Shown: positions 30,593-39,931 of the stretch, piece after piece
Position numbering within the stretch: position 1 is the first letter of the stretch
Layout: every line of letters starts with the position of its first letter
From: a candidate division FCPU426 bacterium
GTDB lineage: Bacteria > Oederibacteriota > Muellerivitia > Muellerivitales > Muellerivitaceae
Assembly (NCBI GenBank): GCA_963796105.1
Contig: CAWCKJ010000004.1
Coordinates: 1,056,001-1,120,000 of the forward strand
DNA: 64,000 nucleotides
Reading direction: 5' to 3'
Translations under genes and position numbers: made by a program
The notes under the pieces: model-generated
What the model was told of the DNA's origin: nothing
Seen by the model: the letters and a program-made list of their open reading frames with translations, nothing else
Database searches by the model: none

Positions 30593-31624
30593 ATGAAAAC
30601 AATCGTCATTGGATCCAGCGAAAAAAGCGCCGGGAAAACCGGCGTGATCTTGGGCTTGCGCGGCGCCCTGGGAAAGGGGGCGGGGTACATGAAGCCCCTC
30701 GGCGACCGGCTGATCTACCGCAAAAAGCAGTTGTGGGACTACGATTCGGCCCTCGTCACTAACCTTTGGGGCCTGAAGGAGAATCCCGAGGACATCTCCA
30801 TCGGTTTCGAGCATGCCAAGCTCAAGTACAAGTACGACGCTGAAACCACCGTCGAGAAGGTGCACGAAGTGGCGGCCCGGGCGGGCTCAGGTAAGGACAT
30901 CCTCTTCGTGGAGGGCGGGAACCAGTTGGGGTACGGCTTGTCCGTGCACCTGGACGCGGTTTCAGTGGCGAAGGCCCTGAAAGGGGACCTGGTGATCGTG
31001 GTGAGCGGATCCGAGAGCTCCATCGCGGATGATTTATATTCCATCAAAAGAAACCTGGACCTCCAGGGGGTGAACTTCAAGGGAGTCATTCTCAACAAGA
31101 TCCACGATCTCCAAGATTTCAAGGATACGCATCTGCTGGGCCTCGAGAAACTGGGTATGCCGATTCTCGGACTCATCCCTTACAAGAAGGAACTCACTCA
31201 TTTCACTATGGGCTACCTTGCGGACATTCTTTTCTCCAAGATCCTCGCCGGGGAGGAAGGGCTGTCGAACCCGGTGGAGCATATCGTGATCGGGGCCATG
31301 TCGGTGGGAAGCGCCCTGCGCGAGACTTCCTTCATGAAGGAACATAAACTGGTCATCACCGCGGGAGACAGGACGGACATGATCCAGGCGGCCTTTGAGG
31401 GAAAAACCTCCGGCATCATCCTGACCAACAACATCCTGCCGCCCCCGAATATCATCGCCCGGGCAACCGAGTTGAAGATTCCCTTGCTCTTGGTGTCCAC
31501 CGATACCTTCTTGACGGCCAAGCACGTGGATTCCATGGAGCCGCTCCTCACCAAGAATGACCAGGTCAAAGTCGGGTTGTTGACCCAGTTGGTCAAGGAC
31601 CACGTGGATTTGAAAAAGTTCTAA
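30593..31624 (+). CDS. Phosphotransacetylase N-terminal-like protein (BioD-like P-loop + DRTGG), no catalytic PTA domain
   Basis: SAGKT, YMKP, VEG, IGAM and ITAGDRTD. Confidence 0.85.
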   Translation: MKTIVIGSSEKSAGKTGVILGLRGALGKGAGYMKPLGDRLIYRKKQLWDYDSALVTNLWGLKENPEDISIGFEHAKLKYKYDAETTVEKVHEVAARAGSGKDILFVEGGNQLGYGLSVHLDAVSVAKALKGDLVIVVSGSESSIADDLYSIKRNLDLQGVNFKGVILNKIHDLQDFKDTHLLGLEKLGMPILGLIPYKKELTHFTMGYLADILFSKILAGEEGLSNPVEHIVIGAMSVGSALRETSFMKEHKLVITAGDRTDMIQAAFEGKTSGIILTNNILPPPNIIARATELKIPLLLVSTDTFLTAKHVDSMEPLLTKNDQVKVGLLTQLVKDHVDLKKF

Positions 31625-31791
31625 TACTTTTTCAGTTCTTTTAATCTCGGTCTGATTGAGGACTAACGTTCCTGGATGGATGTTTCGGGTTTGTTAAATG
31701 ACCGATCGGGAAACACCCAATTCTTATTAATCTTCACTCCAAATTTCTCCGAAAATAAAAAAATGTCTTGTTTGGTTTTCTGGTTGTTTTT

Positions 31792-31857
31792 TGTGGATAA
31801 AATCATCAAAACAAATCAAGGAACATGAAAAATAAAGGGATTTAAGCTTGTGGATAA
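31792..31857. promoter_or_regulatory. Two perfect DnaA boxes (TGTGGATAA at 31792 and 31849) in an AT-rich spacer
   Basis: Exact reverse complement of TTATCCACA, twice. Confidence 0.4.
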
Positions 31858-31889
31858 CTTTTTTACCTTATCCCTCCCCTGGATTTTTT

Positions 31890-31905
31890 TATGAGTTCGG
31901 TCATA
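31890..31905. promoter_or_regulatory. Candidate Crp/Fnr-type site TATGAGttcgGTCATA
   Basis: Near-consensus palindrome upstream of the second Crp/Fnr gene. Confidence 0.6.
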
Positions 31906-32035
31906 AAATCATTGCTGAATCGCTAAAAAAAAGTAATTATTAAGCCCTCAAATTTAAGGTTTACCTACCGGCTCTTAGCCTTTGGGTGCCAACCGCAACT
32001 TGATCTTCCTGAAGCGGGAGAGGGAGGAAGTAACC

Positions 32036-32734
32036 ATGCAGTTTCAAAAATCAGTAACGGGCAGGCAACCCCATATGGCTGGAAAATCTTTCATCACGAC
32101 CCTTGATATATTCAAGAAGGTCCCCTCCTCCCAGATGGCCGATATCGAGAAAAAAATGCTGGAGCGGAAGTTCGCCAAGGGTGAATCCATCTTCCTGGAA
32201 GGTGATCCCGCGGAGTATGTCTGGTTCGTCAAGGAAGGGCACGTCAAATCCGTCATCCACACCGCCAACGGAAGGGACCTCACGCTTTGCATGGTGGGGG
32301 CGAGCAGTATGTTCGGGACCTGCTGTTGCTTCGGTGGGGGAGAGTATCCCTGCCACAGCATCGCCGAGACCGAGACCACGGTAGTGGCTTTTCCGATCCA
32401 GGAATTCTTAGGCCTATTGGAAAAATATCCCGAGGTGTCCAAAGCCATCGTCCACCACCTGTCCGCACGCTTGCGCCAGGCCAAGGACATGCAGACTTTC
32501 GACCAGGAGAGCGTGGAAAAAAGAATCCTCCATATCCTCACCAACCTGGTGGCCGAGTTCGGCAACACCATTCCCTTGACCCGCAGGGAAATCGCCGAGA
32601 TGACAGGAACCACAGTGGAAACCTGCATCAGGACCTTCTCGGGTTTGGAAAAGGAAGGACTGGTTTACAGCTCGAGGGGAAAGATCACTGTCAAGAACGT
32701 GCAGGACTTGATCGATAGGCAGGAAGAGCTTTAA
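32036..32734 (+). CDS. Crp/Fnr family regulator with a Cys-rich sensing pocket
   Basis: IFLEGD...VKEG..., FGTCCCFGGGEYPC and HTH LTRREIAEMTGTTVETCIR; GGAGG RBS. Confidence 0.9.
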   Translation: MQFQKSVTGRQPHMAGKSFITTLDIFKKVPSSQMADIEKKMLERKFAKGESIFLEGDPAEYVWFVKEGHVKSVIHTANGRDLTLCMVGASSMFGTCCCFGGGEYPCHSIAETETTVVAFPIQEFLGLLEKYPEVSKAIVHHLSARLRQAKDMQTFDQESVEKRILHILTNLVAEFGNTIPLTRREIAEMTGTTVETCIRTFSGLEKEGLVYSSRGKITVKNVQDLIDRQEEL

Positions 32735-32771
32735 TTTATAGTAGACCCATCAAAAAACGAGACTCAACCTG

Positions 32772-32805
32772 AAACCCGGCGAAAAAATCCTCCGGGTTTT
32801 TTTAT
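32772..32805 (+). terminator. Intrinsic terminator
   Basis: aaacccgg...ccgggttt followed by a T-run. Confidence 0.6.
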
Positions 32806-32823
32806 TGTCCGATTGCAACGGTT

Positions 32824-35040
32824 TTATTGGTTAAATTTCTTACTGTAAAGCCTCAATGCATTCAGGACCACTGTAATGGAAGAGAGCGACATGGCCAGAG
32901 CGGCCAGGGAGGGTGGAACCCGCGTAAAAATGGCCAGGGGCAGGGCCAACAGGTTGTAGCCGAATGCCCAGAAAAGGTTCTGGCGGATAACGGCGAAGGT
33001 GGCCCTGGATATCCGGATGGCCTCAATCACCTTCGAGAGGTTTCCTTGAACCAGGATGATATCCCCGGCCTCCTTGGCGGCGTCGGTTCCAGTCCCCATG
33101 GCGATCCCCAAATCCGCGGCCGCCAGGGCCGGCGCGTCATTGTAACCGTCCCCCACCATGGCAACGCTATGACCCTGGGCTTGGAGGGAACGCACGTAAT
33201 CCAGTTTGTCCGCGGGGCCCACGTTGGCTTTTGATTGGTCCACACCTATCCGTTCGGCCAAGCGGGAAGCCACCACTTCGCCGTCGCCGGTGAGGATGTG
33301 GGTTTGAAGGCCCAAGCCTCTCAGCTTTTGGACGACCTCCCGGCCATCCGCCTTGGGAGGATCCTCCAGGACGAAAATGGCGGCGATTTTTCCCTCCAGG
33401 GCCATGAGGGAAACAGTCTGGCCCGCCTGCCGGTGGGCCTCGATGTTGGCCCGGACCCGAGGGGAGGGAACAATGCCCTCCAAGGATTCCACGAAGGCTT
33501 TCGTGCCGATGGCCACCTGGTGCCCCTCCACGATCCCCTGGATTCCGGCTCCCGGTGTTTCAACCATTCTTTCCGTGGCGGGGGGATGGAGGCTCAAAAC
33601 CATGGCTTCCTTCAAGATGGCCGAGGCCAGGGGATGATTGCTTCCCAATTCCAGGGCCGCAGCGTACCGGAGAAGTTTATCCTCCCGGATACCGTCGAAA
33701 ACGATCAAGTCCACCAGCCTGGGTTTTCCCTCGGTCAGGGTGCCGGTTTTGTCGAATACGATGCTGTCGATTTTCAGGGATTTTTCGAGGACTTCCGACC
33801 GGCGGATCAGGATACCCCTTTTCGCGGCCAGCCCGATTCCCGCGATCAAGGCGATGGGTGTAGCAAGGCCTAGCGCGCAGGGACAGGCGATCACAAGGAC
33901 CGCGACCGCGTGTTGGACGCCCACCGAAATCGGTTGGTCGCCCATGAAAACCCAGCCAGCGCATGTTAAAAAAGCAATCCATAGCACCAGGGGAACAAAA
34001 ATAGCGGCGGCTTTATCGGCGGATTTTTGTATGGGAGCCTTGGAACCTTGGGCGTCCTCCACCAGCCGGATGATCTGGGCAAGGGTTGTTTGCTCGCCCA
34101 CCGACCGTGCCTTGAGAAGAAGGGTTGCCTGGCCGTTGAGGGTGCCGGTAAAAACCTTGTCACCCGGTCTCTTTTCCACCGGGGCTGACTCCCCTGTCAA
34201 AAAAGACTCGTCCACCTGCCCTTTACCCTCCAGGATATCCCCGTCCACTGGGATGGACTCCCCTGGTCTCACGCAGAGGGTGTCGCCCAGTCCCACCATT
34301 TCCACCGGGACATCCATTTGGCGGTTATCCTTGAGGATATGGGCCGTATTGGGGCTTAGATTCATCAGGAGTTCCAGGGCCCTGTTGGCCCTCCTTTTGG
34401 AGAGGGTCTCCAGATACCGTCCCAGTGTGACAAAGAAGATGATGAGGGCGGAGGCGTCAAAATAAAGCGCATGTGTCTGCCATAAGACGGCGGCCAAGGA
34501 AGCCATAAAGGCGATGGTGGATCCCAGGGAAACCAGGGTGTCCATGGTTAATTCCCTCAATTTCATTCCACGGAGGGCGGCTTCGTGGAAGGGCAAACCC
34601 ACCAGCAAGTAAACCGGTGCCGCCAGGGCCAATTGGACCCAAGGAGACAGGGGGAAGGGCCCCAGGCCCATCAGGAGGTGTTGGAAGAAAAAAGGAAGGA
34701 CTAGTAAGCTCCCCAGGACCAGCCGCCATCGAAGGCGGTTTTGATCCGTTTGAAAGAATTGGGAAGTGGATTCCCGTGGAAGGAAAGGTTTGGCCGTATA
34801 ACCCGCTTTTTCAACTGCTGTTTGAAGGGAAGGCAGCCCCTTGAATCCTGGTCCCAACCGGACGTAGGCCTTTTCAGAGGCGAAATTGACGGTAGCGGTT
34901 TCCACTCCCGGCACCTGATTGAGTCTACCCTCAATTCGGGAGGCGCAGGAGGCGCAGGTCATACCCTCTACCGAGAGGATGACAGAACGGTCAGGAATAT
35001 CTTGGGATTCTTCCTGCTGTGGCAATGTCGCGGTTGTCAT
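32824..35040 (-). CDS. copA: P1B-1 copper-exporting ATPase
   Basis: GMTCASC metal-binding domain, TGES, CPC, DKTGT, HP, GDGxND, YN and MSLSS. Confidence 0.93.
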   Translation of the reverse strand: MTTATLPQQEESQDIPDRSVILSVEGMTCASCASRIEGRLNQVPGVETATVNFASEKAYVRLGPGFKGLPSLQTAVEKAGYTAKPFLPRESTSQFFQTDQNRLRWRLVLGSLLVLPFFFQHLLMGLGPFPLSPWVQLALAAPVYLLVGLPFHEAALRGMKLRELTMDTLVSLGSTIAFMASLAAVLWQTHALYFDASALIIFFVTLGRYLETLSKRRANRALELLMNLSPNTAHILKDNRQMDVPVEMVGLGDTLCVRPGESIPVDGDILEGKGQVDESFLTGESAPVEKRPGDKVFTGTLNGQATLLLKARSVGEQTTLAQIIRLVEDAQGSKAPIQKSADKAAAIFVPLVLWIAFLTCAGWVFMGDQPISVGVQHAVAVLVIACPCALGLATPIALIAGIGLAAKRGILIRRSEVLEKSLKIDSIVFDKTGTLTEGKPRLVDLIVFDGIREDKLLRYAAALELGSNHPLASAILKEAMVLSLHPPATERMVETPGAGIQGIVEGHQVAIGTKAFVESLEGIVPSPRVRANIEAHRQAGQTVSLMALEGKIAAIFVLEDPPKADGREVVQKLRGLGLQTHILTGDGEVVASRLAERIGVDQSKANVGPADKLDYVRSLQAQGHSVAMVGDGYNDAPALAAADLGIAMGTGTDAAKEAGDIILVQGNLSKVIEAIRISRATFAVIRQNLFWAFGYNLLALPLAIFTRVPPSLAALAMSLSSITVVLNALRLYSKKFNQ

Positions 35041-35062
35041 GTTGGACCCTGAAATGTAATTT

Positions 35063-35192
35063 GTAACCTCTGAAAAAGTCGGCTATCTCCTCCTTTTTCA
35101 GAAAAACATCTATGGAAACCCCCGATTTCCTGCGGAAATCTTTGGGGTCGAAACCTCTGTTGGCCGCTTTTAAATAGTTTTTCAGAGGTTTC
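35063..35192. mobile_element. MITE, short copy (130 bp)
   Basis: 15-bp TIRs gtaacctctgaaaaa / tttttcagaggtttc; 5-bp TSD AATTT (35058-62, 35193-97); homologous to 53080-53331. Confidence 0.85.
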
Positions 35193-35196
35193 AATT

Positions 35197-35409
35197 TTAT
35201 GTAAAAAGACTGGCTTTATAGCCTTCCTGCTCAAGTGCCTGGATGACGGCCGCCTGTTCCAGGGTGCTTTTGTGGGTCACAATGGCTTTCTTTGAAGCCA
35301 AAAGGACCTCGACCTTCTCGATCCCCGAGAGGGAAGCCAAAGTTTTTTGGATGGTATGAACGCAATGGTTGCAGGTCATTCCCTCAATTTTGAACTGGGT
35401 CTGAGGCAT
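35197..35409 (-). CDS. copZ: Copper chaperone (HMA domain)
   Basis: GMTCNHC, 70 aa, terminal GY; upstream of copA. Confidence 0.9.
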   Translation of the reverse strand: MPQTQFKIEGMTCNHCVHTIQKTLASLSGIEKVEVLLASKKAIVTHKSTLEQAAVIQALEQEGYKASLFT

Positions 35410-35476
35410 TGAATCTCCCGGGGTTTTAATCTTATGAATTTACCATAAGCTTGTTTTAAGTGAAATTAAAGCTCTG

Positions 35477-36462
35477 TATGCTTATGCACAAAGTGACCGT
35501 GCTGTAATGGGTTTTGCTAAGGCACATGCGGTCAAAGCACGGTGAAATAAGGAATCGGGATCATGACGACGGTTGAACCGATAGGCATATTCACTTAGAT
35601 ACCGGCCTAAATACTTAGCATCAACGCCATGATGAGTTCCAATGATCCAGGCCTTGGCGTTGGAAATGAACCGGTGTACCCAGGGCAACCAACTTTCCAA
35701 CTCTTTCGGGTCATTGGCCATCACCCGGTAGTCTGCCTCCACTCCTTTGAGTTCACGCAAGGCTGGCGAAGCATCTGTGTTGAGGAAAGAGCCTTTTTCC
35801 ATAGTCTGATTCACGAATTCCTGGCTCTCCCACTTGGTTTCCATAGCTACCTTCACCTTGGCAAAACCCGCTTTTTCCTTCTTGCAACCATTCTCATCCA
35901 CCCATTCCTTGCTTTCCACCGCCACCAAGACTTCCACTTGGTTTTCCTTGGCCTTTTTCCCAAAAACCGCCCCATCCAACTCAATGACGCCCTTTAGAGT
36001 ATAGCTTTCGTCCTTTTGCCTAAGACCTTCCCGGATCTTATGCAATAGAAGCCATGCCGAATGATCCGAAAGATTTAAATGCCGCTTCAGTTCCAGGGCC
36101 GAAATACCCCGTTTGCCCTGCATCATCAAACTGATGGCCCTGACCCAGGTTAAAAGAGGCAGCTTGGAGCTTTCAAAAATCGTCCCGGCGCGAAGCCGAA
36201 GACGTTTCCGGCAATAGTCACATTCCCTCACTTCAGGCTTGGCCTGGTGTTGCCAGAAGCTTTCGCCCTCACATTGGGGACAAACAAAGTCTTTCCCGCC
36301 GAAACGGCATCTCCACACCCATTGGCGGGCTTCTTCTTCCGTGTGGATTTTCCTCAGAATTTTAATGCTTTTCATCCGCTGGTAGCTCATGTACCACCTC
36401 CCGTAGCGGACAGTATACCTATGTATTCCTTTATTTCAAGGGTCACTTAATACAGAAGCATG
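35477..36462 (-). mobile_element. IS1595 family element
   Basis: Imperfect IRs tatgcttatgcacaaagtgacc / catgcttctgtattaagtgacc; 8-bp TSD AAGCTCTG (35469-76, 36463-70). Confidence 0.92.
35482..36390 (-). CDS. IS1595 family transposase
   Basis: Zn ribbon CPQC/CDYC, GISALEL, ELDG, TD, HHGV and YLSEYAYRFNRR. Confidence 0.95.
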   Translation of the reverse strand: MSYQRMKSIKILRKIHTEEEARQWVWRCRFGGKDFVCPQCEGESFWQHQAKPEVRECDYCRKRLRLRAGTIFESSKLPLLTWVRAISLMMQGKRGISALELKRHLNLSDHSAWLLLHKIREGLRQKDESYTLKGVIELDGAVFGKKAKENQVEVLVAVESKEWVDENGCKKEKAGFAKVKVAMETKWESQEFVNQTMEKGSFLNTDASPALRELKGVEADYRVMANDPKELESWLPWVHRFISNAKAWIIGTHHGVDAKYLGRYLSEYAYRFNRRHDPDSLFHRALTACALAKPITARSLCA

Positions 36463-36656
36463 AAGCTCTGCCTTGCCTTTGCATTCTTTCTTAACTTTGA
36501 TTTTATAAACCCCCAAGAACTTGAACTTAGGTTTTCCTTTTATTTTCAAGGTTTTATTAGGGTTGCAATGCTAAAGGGGCACAGCCCATAATAGTTGGCT
36601 CTTAGAAACCACTCAGGAGGAATTTCCCTACTTTTTTTAATTTTATGGAGGAAATC

Positions 36657-38663
36657 ATGACGGCTGCCCCCGAGCGATTGAACCTAGTTCAGAAGATCAT
36701 TCAAACCCATCTTTTCACAGGGAAACCTCTAGCTGGCGAGGAAATCGGCCTCAAAATCGACCAAACCCTCACCCAAGACGCCACCGGAACCATGGCCTAC
36801 CTTCAATTTGAGGCCATGGGGATTCCCCGGGTCCAAACCAAGTTTTCCGTCTCTTATGTCGACCATAATATGCTCCAAACCGGCTTTGAGAACGCCGATG
36901 ACCACCGCTACCTCCAATCCGTAGCCTCCAAATACGGTATTTACTTCTCCAGGCCCGGAAACGGCATCTGCCACCAGGTCCACTTGGAACGGTTCGCGGT
37001 TCCCGGCCAGACCCTATTGGGATCGGATTCCCATACCCCCACTTGCGGGGGCCTGGGAATGATAGCCATCGGGGCGGGCGGCTTGGACGTGGCAGTGGCC
37101 ATGGGAGGGGGTCCCTTCTTCATGACCATGCCCAAGGTCCTCAAGGTGGAACTCAAGGGAAAGCTCAAACCCTGGGTGACTGCCAAGGACATTATTCTTC
37201 AGGTCCTGCGAAAGCTGACGGTCAAAGGCGGGGTCGGCAGGATCCTGGAATATACCGGGCCGGGAGTCAAGAGCCTATCCGCCACCGAAAGGGCCACCAT
37301 CACCAATATGGGCGCCGAATTGGGAGCCACCACCTCGGTTTTTCCCTCGGATGAGGCCACCCGCGAGTATATGAAGGCGCAAGGCAGGGGAAAGGATTGG
37401 ACCCCCTTGGAAGCCGATCCAGGCGCCTCCTATGACGAGGAACTGGTGATCGACCTGGATAAACTGGAGCCCCTCACCGCCCAACCCCACAGCCCGGATA
37501 ACGTCATCGAGGTCTCCAAGCTCAAGAACGTGGAGGTCCAACAGGTATGCGTGGGAAGCTGTACCAACAGCTCCTACAGGGACCTCATGAGCGTGGCTCG
37601 GATGCTCAAAGGGCGCCATATCCATCCTGGGGTTTCCATGACGGTCACGCCCGGCTCCAAGCAGGTCTTTGAAATGATCGCGAAAAACGGGGCCCTGGCC
37701 GATATCATCTCCTCCGGCGCCCGCATCATCGAGTCGGCCTGCGGACCCTGCATCGGAATGGGGCAGGCCCCCACCTCGGGCGGCGTGTCCATCCGAAGTT
37801 TCAACCGCAATTTCGAGGGAAGATCCGGCACTCGGGACGCGAAGGTGTACCTGGCTTCCCCTGAGACCTGCGTGGCCTGCGCCTTGGAGGGCAAAATCAC
37901 CGATCCATCCAAGCTCGGCAAGGCCCCGAAGGTTGAGGTGCCTGAAAAATTCGCCCTCGACGACGAAGGGATCATTCCTCCAGCCAAGGATCCAAAGAAA
38001 GTGGAGATCCTGCGGGGGCCCAACATCAAGCCCCTTCCCATCAAGGAACCCCTGGGGGAAACTATGACCGGACCCCTTTTGTTGAAAGTGGGGGACAACG
38101 TCACCACCGACCATATCATGCCCGCAGGGTCCAAGGTCCTACCGTTGCGCTCCAATATTCCCGCCATATCGGAATATGTGTTCAACATCATCGACCCGAC
38201 CTTTCCCAAACGAGCCCGCGAGGCCAACGGGGGTTTCGTGGTGGGAGGGGAAAACTACGGACAAGGATCTTCCCGTGAGCACGCGGCCCTGGCTCCCATG
38301 TACCTAGGGCTCAAGGCCGTCATCGCTAGGAGTTTCGCCCGCATCCACCGCGCGAATTTGATCAATTTCGGCATCTTGCCCATGACATTCGTGTCGCCCG
38401 AGGATTACGACACTCTCTCTCAGGCCGACATGCTGGAGATTCCGGATTTGGCCATGGTGATCAAGGTGGACCATCCTTTTCCGTTAAAGGACCTCAACAC
38501 TGGCAAGTCCATCCAGGTGGTGCACGGCCTCACCCTGAGACAAAAGGACATCATCTTGGCCGGGGGGCTTCTAAATTACACTAAGCAAAAAACCGTCCAG
38601 GAATCGGCGGCCGCCTCAAAGCCGAAGGCTCCTAAAAAGACGAAGGGAAAAACCGGGAAGTAG
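36657..38663 (+). CDS. acn: Aconitate hydratase
   Basis: QDATGTMA, DHN, GICHQ, DSHT, GSCTN, CGPCIG, FNRNF, TTDHI and GSSREHAA. Confidence 0.93.
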   Translation: MTAAPERLNLVQKIIQTHLFTGKPLAGEEIGLKIDQTLTQDATGTMAYLQFEAMGIPRVQTKFSVSYVDHNMLQTGFENADDHRYLQSVASKYGIYFSRPGNGICHQVHLERFAVPGQTLLGSDSHTPTCGGLGMIAIGAGGLDVAVAMGGGPFFMTMPKVLKVELKGKLKPWVTAKDIILQVLRKLTVKGGVGRILEYTGPGVKSLSATERATITNMGAELGATTSVFPSDEATREYMKAQGRGKDWTPLEADPGASYDEELVIDLDKLEPLTAQPHSPDNVIEVSKLKNVEVQQVCVGSCTNSSYRDLMSVARMLKGRHIHPGVSMTVTPGSKQVFEMIAKNGALADIISSGARIIESACGPCIGMGQAPTSGGVSIRSFNRNFEGRSGTRDAKVYLASPETCVACALEGKITDPSKLGKAPKVEVPEKFALDDEGIIPPAKDPKKVEILRGPNIKPLPIKEPLGETMTGPLLLKVGDNVTTDHIMPAGSKVLPLRSNIPAISEYVFNIIDPTFPKRAREANGGFVVGGENYGQGSSREHAALAPMYLGLKAVIARSFARIHRANLINFGILPMTFVSPEDYDTLSQADMLEIPDLAMVIKVDHPFPLKDLNTGKSIQVVHGLTLRQKDIILAGGLLNYTKQKTVQESAAASKPKAPKKTKGKTGK

Positions 38664-38681
38664 AACCTCTTTTAATCCCAA

Positions 38682-38710
38682 GCCCCGTCCTACAGGGCGG
38701 GGCTTTTTTT
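38682..38710 (+). terminator. Intrinsic terminator
   Basis: agccccgtcc-taca-gggcggggct followed by a T-run. Confidence 0.8.
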
Positions 38711-38734
38711 ATAGGAATAGCGGGAGCCGAAGAC

Positions 38735-39520
38735 ATGAGTGATCGAAAAGCCGACTATCACGAAACCATTCGGGACCCATTCACGCAAAAGGCTGATGAT
38801 TACGCCAGGATGATCTCCGGAAACGCCAGCGACCAGTCGCTGAGAATTCTTTTGGAGAGGCTTCCCATTTCCCGCGCGGACGCTGTCTTGGATGCGGCCT
38901 GCGGTCCCGGACTCTTGGCGGCCGCCCTCGCGGGAGTCGCGGGCCGCGTCATCGGAATCGACTTGACGCCCGAAATGATCTTGAAGGCCCGGGAACTCCA
39001 AGCCCAGAAGGGCTTGGCGAACCTCGAATGGGTGGTGGGGGACGCGACGAAACTGCCTTTTCAGGACGGCTGTTTCGAGTGGGTGGTGTCACGATTTTCA
39101 TTGCACCATTTCCAAAAACCCGTGGCCCTCGTAAAGGAAATGATGCGCGTCTTAAAACCCAACGGAGGACTTGCCGTCATTGACCCGGCGACGAAGGAAG
39201 AGAACAATGAGGCTTTCAACTTCATGGAAAAACTCCGCGATCCCTCCCATGTTAGGGCCCTGACGGTTTCCGAGCTTCGGGACCTGGGAAAAAAGATAAA
39301 ACTAAGGAACATCAGTCTGGATTTCTATGGCCTGGAGATGGAATTGGAGAGCCAATTAACGGCCTCCCGCTCACAACCGGGAAATATTGAAAAAATCCGT
39401 GAACTATTTAATGAAAACCTCCGATTCGATAAACTGGGGGTTCAGGCGAGGCTGGCGGGAGGATTGATCTATTTCAATTATCCCGTGGCTGTTTTAACGG
39501 GTTTCAAGGAAATTAAATAA
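38735..39520 (+). CDS. Class I SAM-dependent methyltransferase (UbiE-like)
   Basis: VLDAACGPG, GIDLT, GDATKLPF, RVLKPNG and RDPSH. Confidence 0.9.
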   Translation: MSDRKADYHETIRDPFTQKADDYARMISGNASDQSLRILLERLPISRADAVLDAACGPGLLAAALAGVAGRVIGIDLTPEMILKARELQAQKGLANLEWVVGDATKLPFQDGCFEWVVSRFSLHHFQKPVALVKEMMRVLKPNGGLAVIDPATKEENNEAFNFMEKLRDPSHVRALTVSELRDLGKKIKLRNISLDFYGLEMELESQLTASRSQPGNIEKIRELFNENLRFDKLGVQARLAGGLIYFNYPVAVLTGFKEIK

Positions 39521-39555
39521 ACCCTTTTGGATTTAAAGCATACGCGAGGTTATTC

Positions 39556-39777
39556 ATGGAAGGCCAGCCTTCAAGCGCGCAACCCGGAGCCAACCCGAAA
39601 CAGGAAATGAATATCGATATCTCAGCCCGCAAACCTGGGGAAAATCTCCTTTATACAGGACCCCATCTTTGCGTGACCTGCGCCGATGAAAACAGGATCG
39701 TGAACCGTTATTTCAAGGCGGGAGAGAAGGCCCCTGAATGCGACCAATGCGGCTCCCGCGCTCGATGGGAGCCTTGA
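39556..39777 (+). CDS. Small zinc-ribbon-like protein
   Basis: PGE...G...CVTC...GEKAPECDQC...W; GAGG RBS. Confidence 0.65.
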   Translation: MEGQPSSAQPGANPKQEMNIDISARKPGENLLYTGPHLCVTCADENRIVNRYFKAGEKAPECDQCGSRARWEP

Positions 39778-39931
39778 GAATGATATTGCTGGGGCCGTTA
39801 GGTTAAACGCCCTACTTATAATGGGCTGGCAAAGTTCCATTGGGGTTGCCAAACGCACCGCTTTTTGAAGATAATAACCAAGTTTTAAGTATTTAGATGT
39901 TTTGCCTATGATACGTTTTCAAAGGAATGGA

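Noticed and set aside
30593..31624. Functional pta
   Set aside because: Lacks the C-terminal PTA_PTB catalytic domain.
31792..31857. oriC
   Set aside because: Only two perfect DnaA boxes, and no dnaA, dnaN, gidA or parAB nearby. Kept only as a low-interest note.
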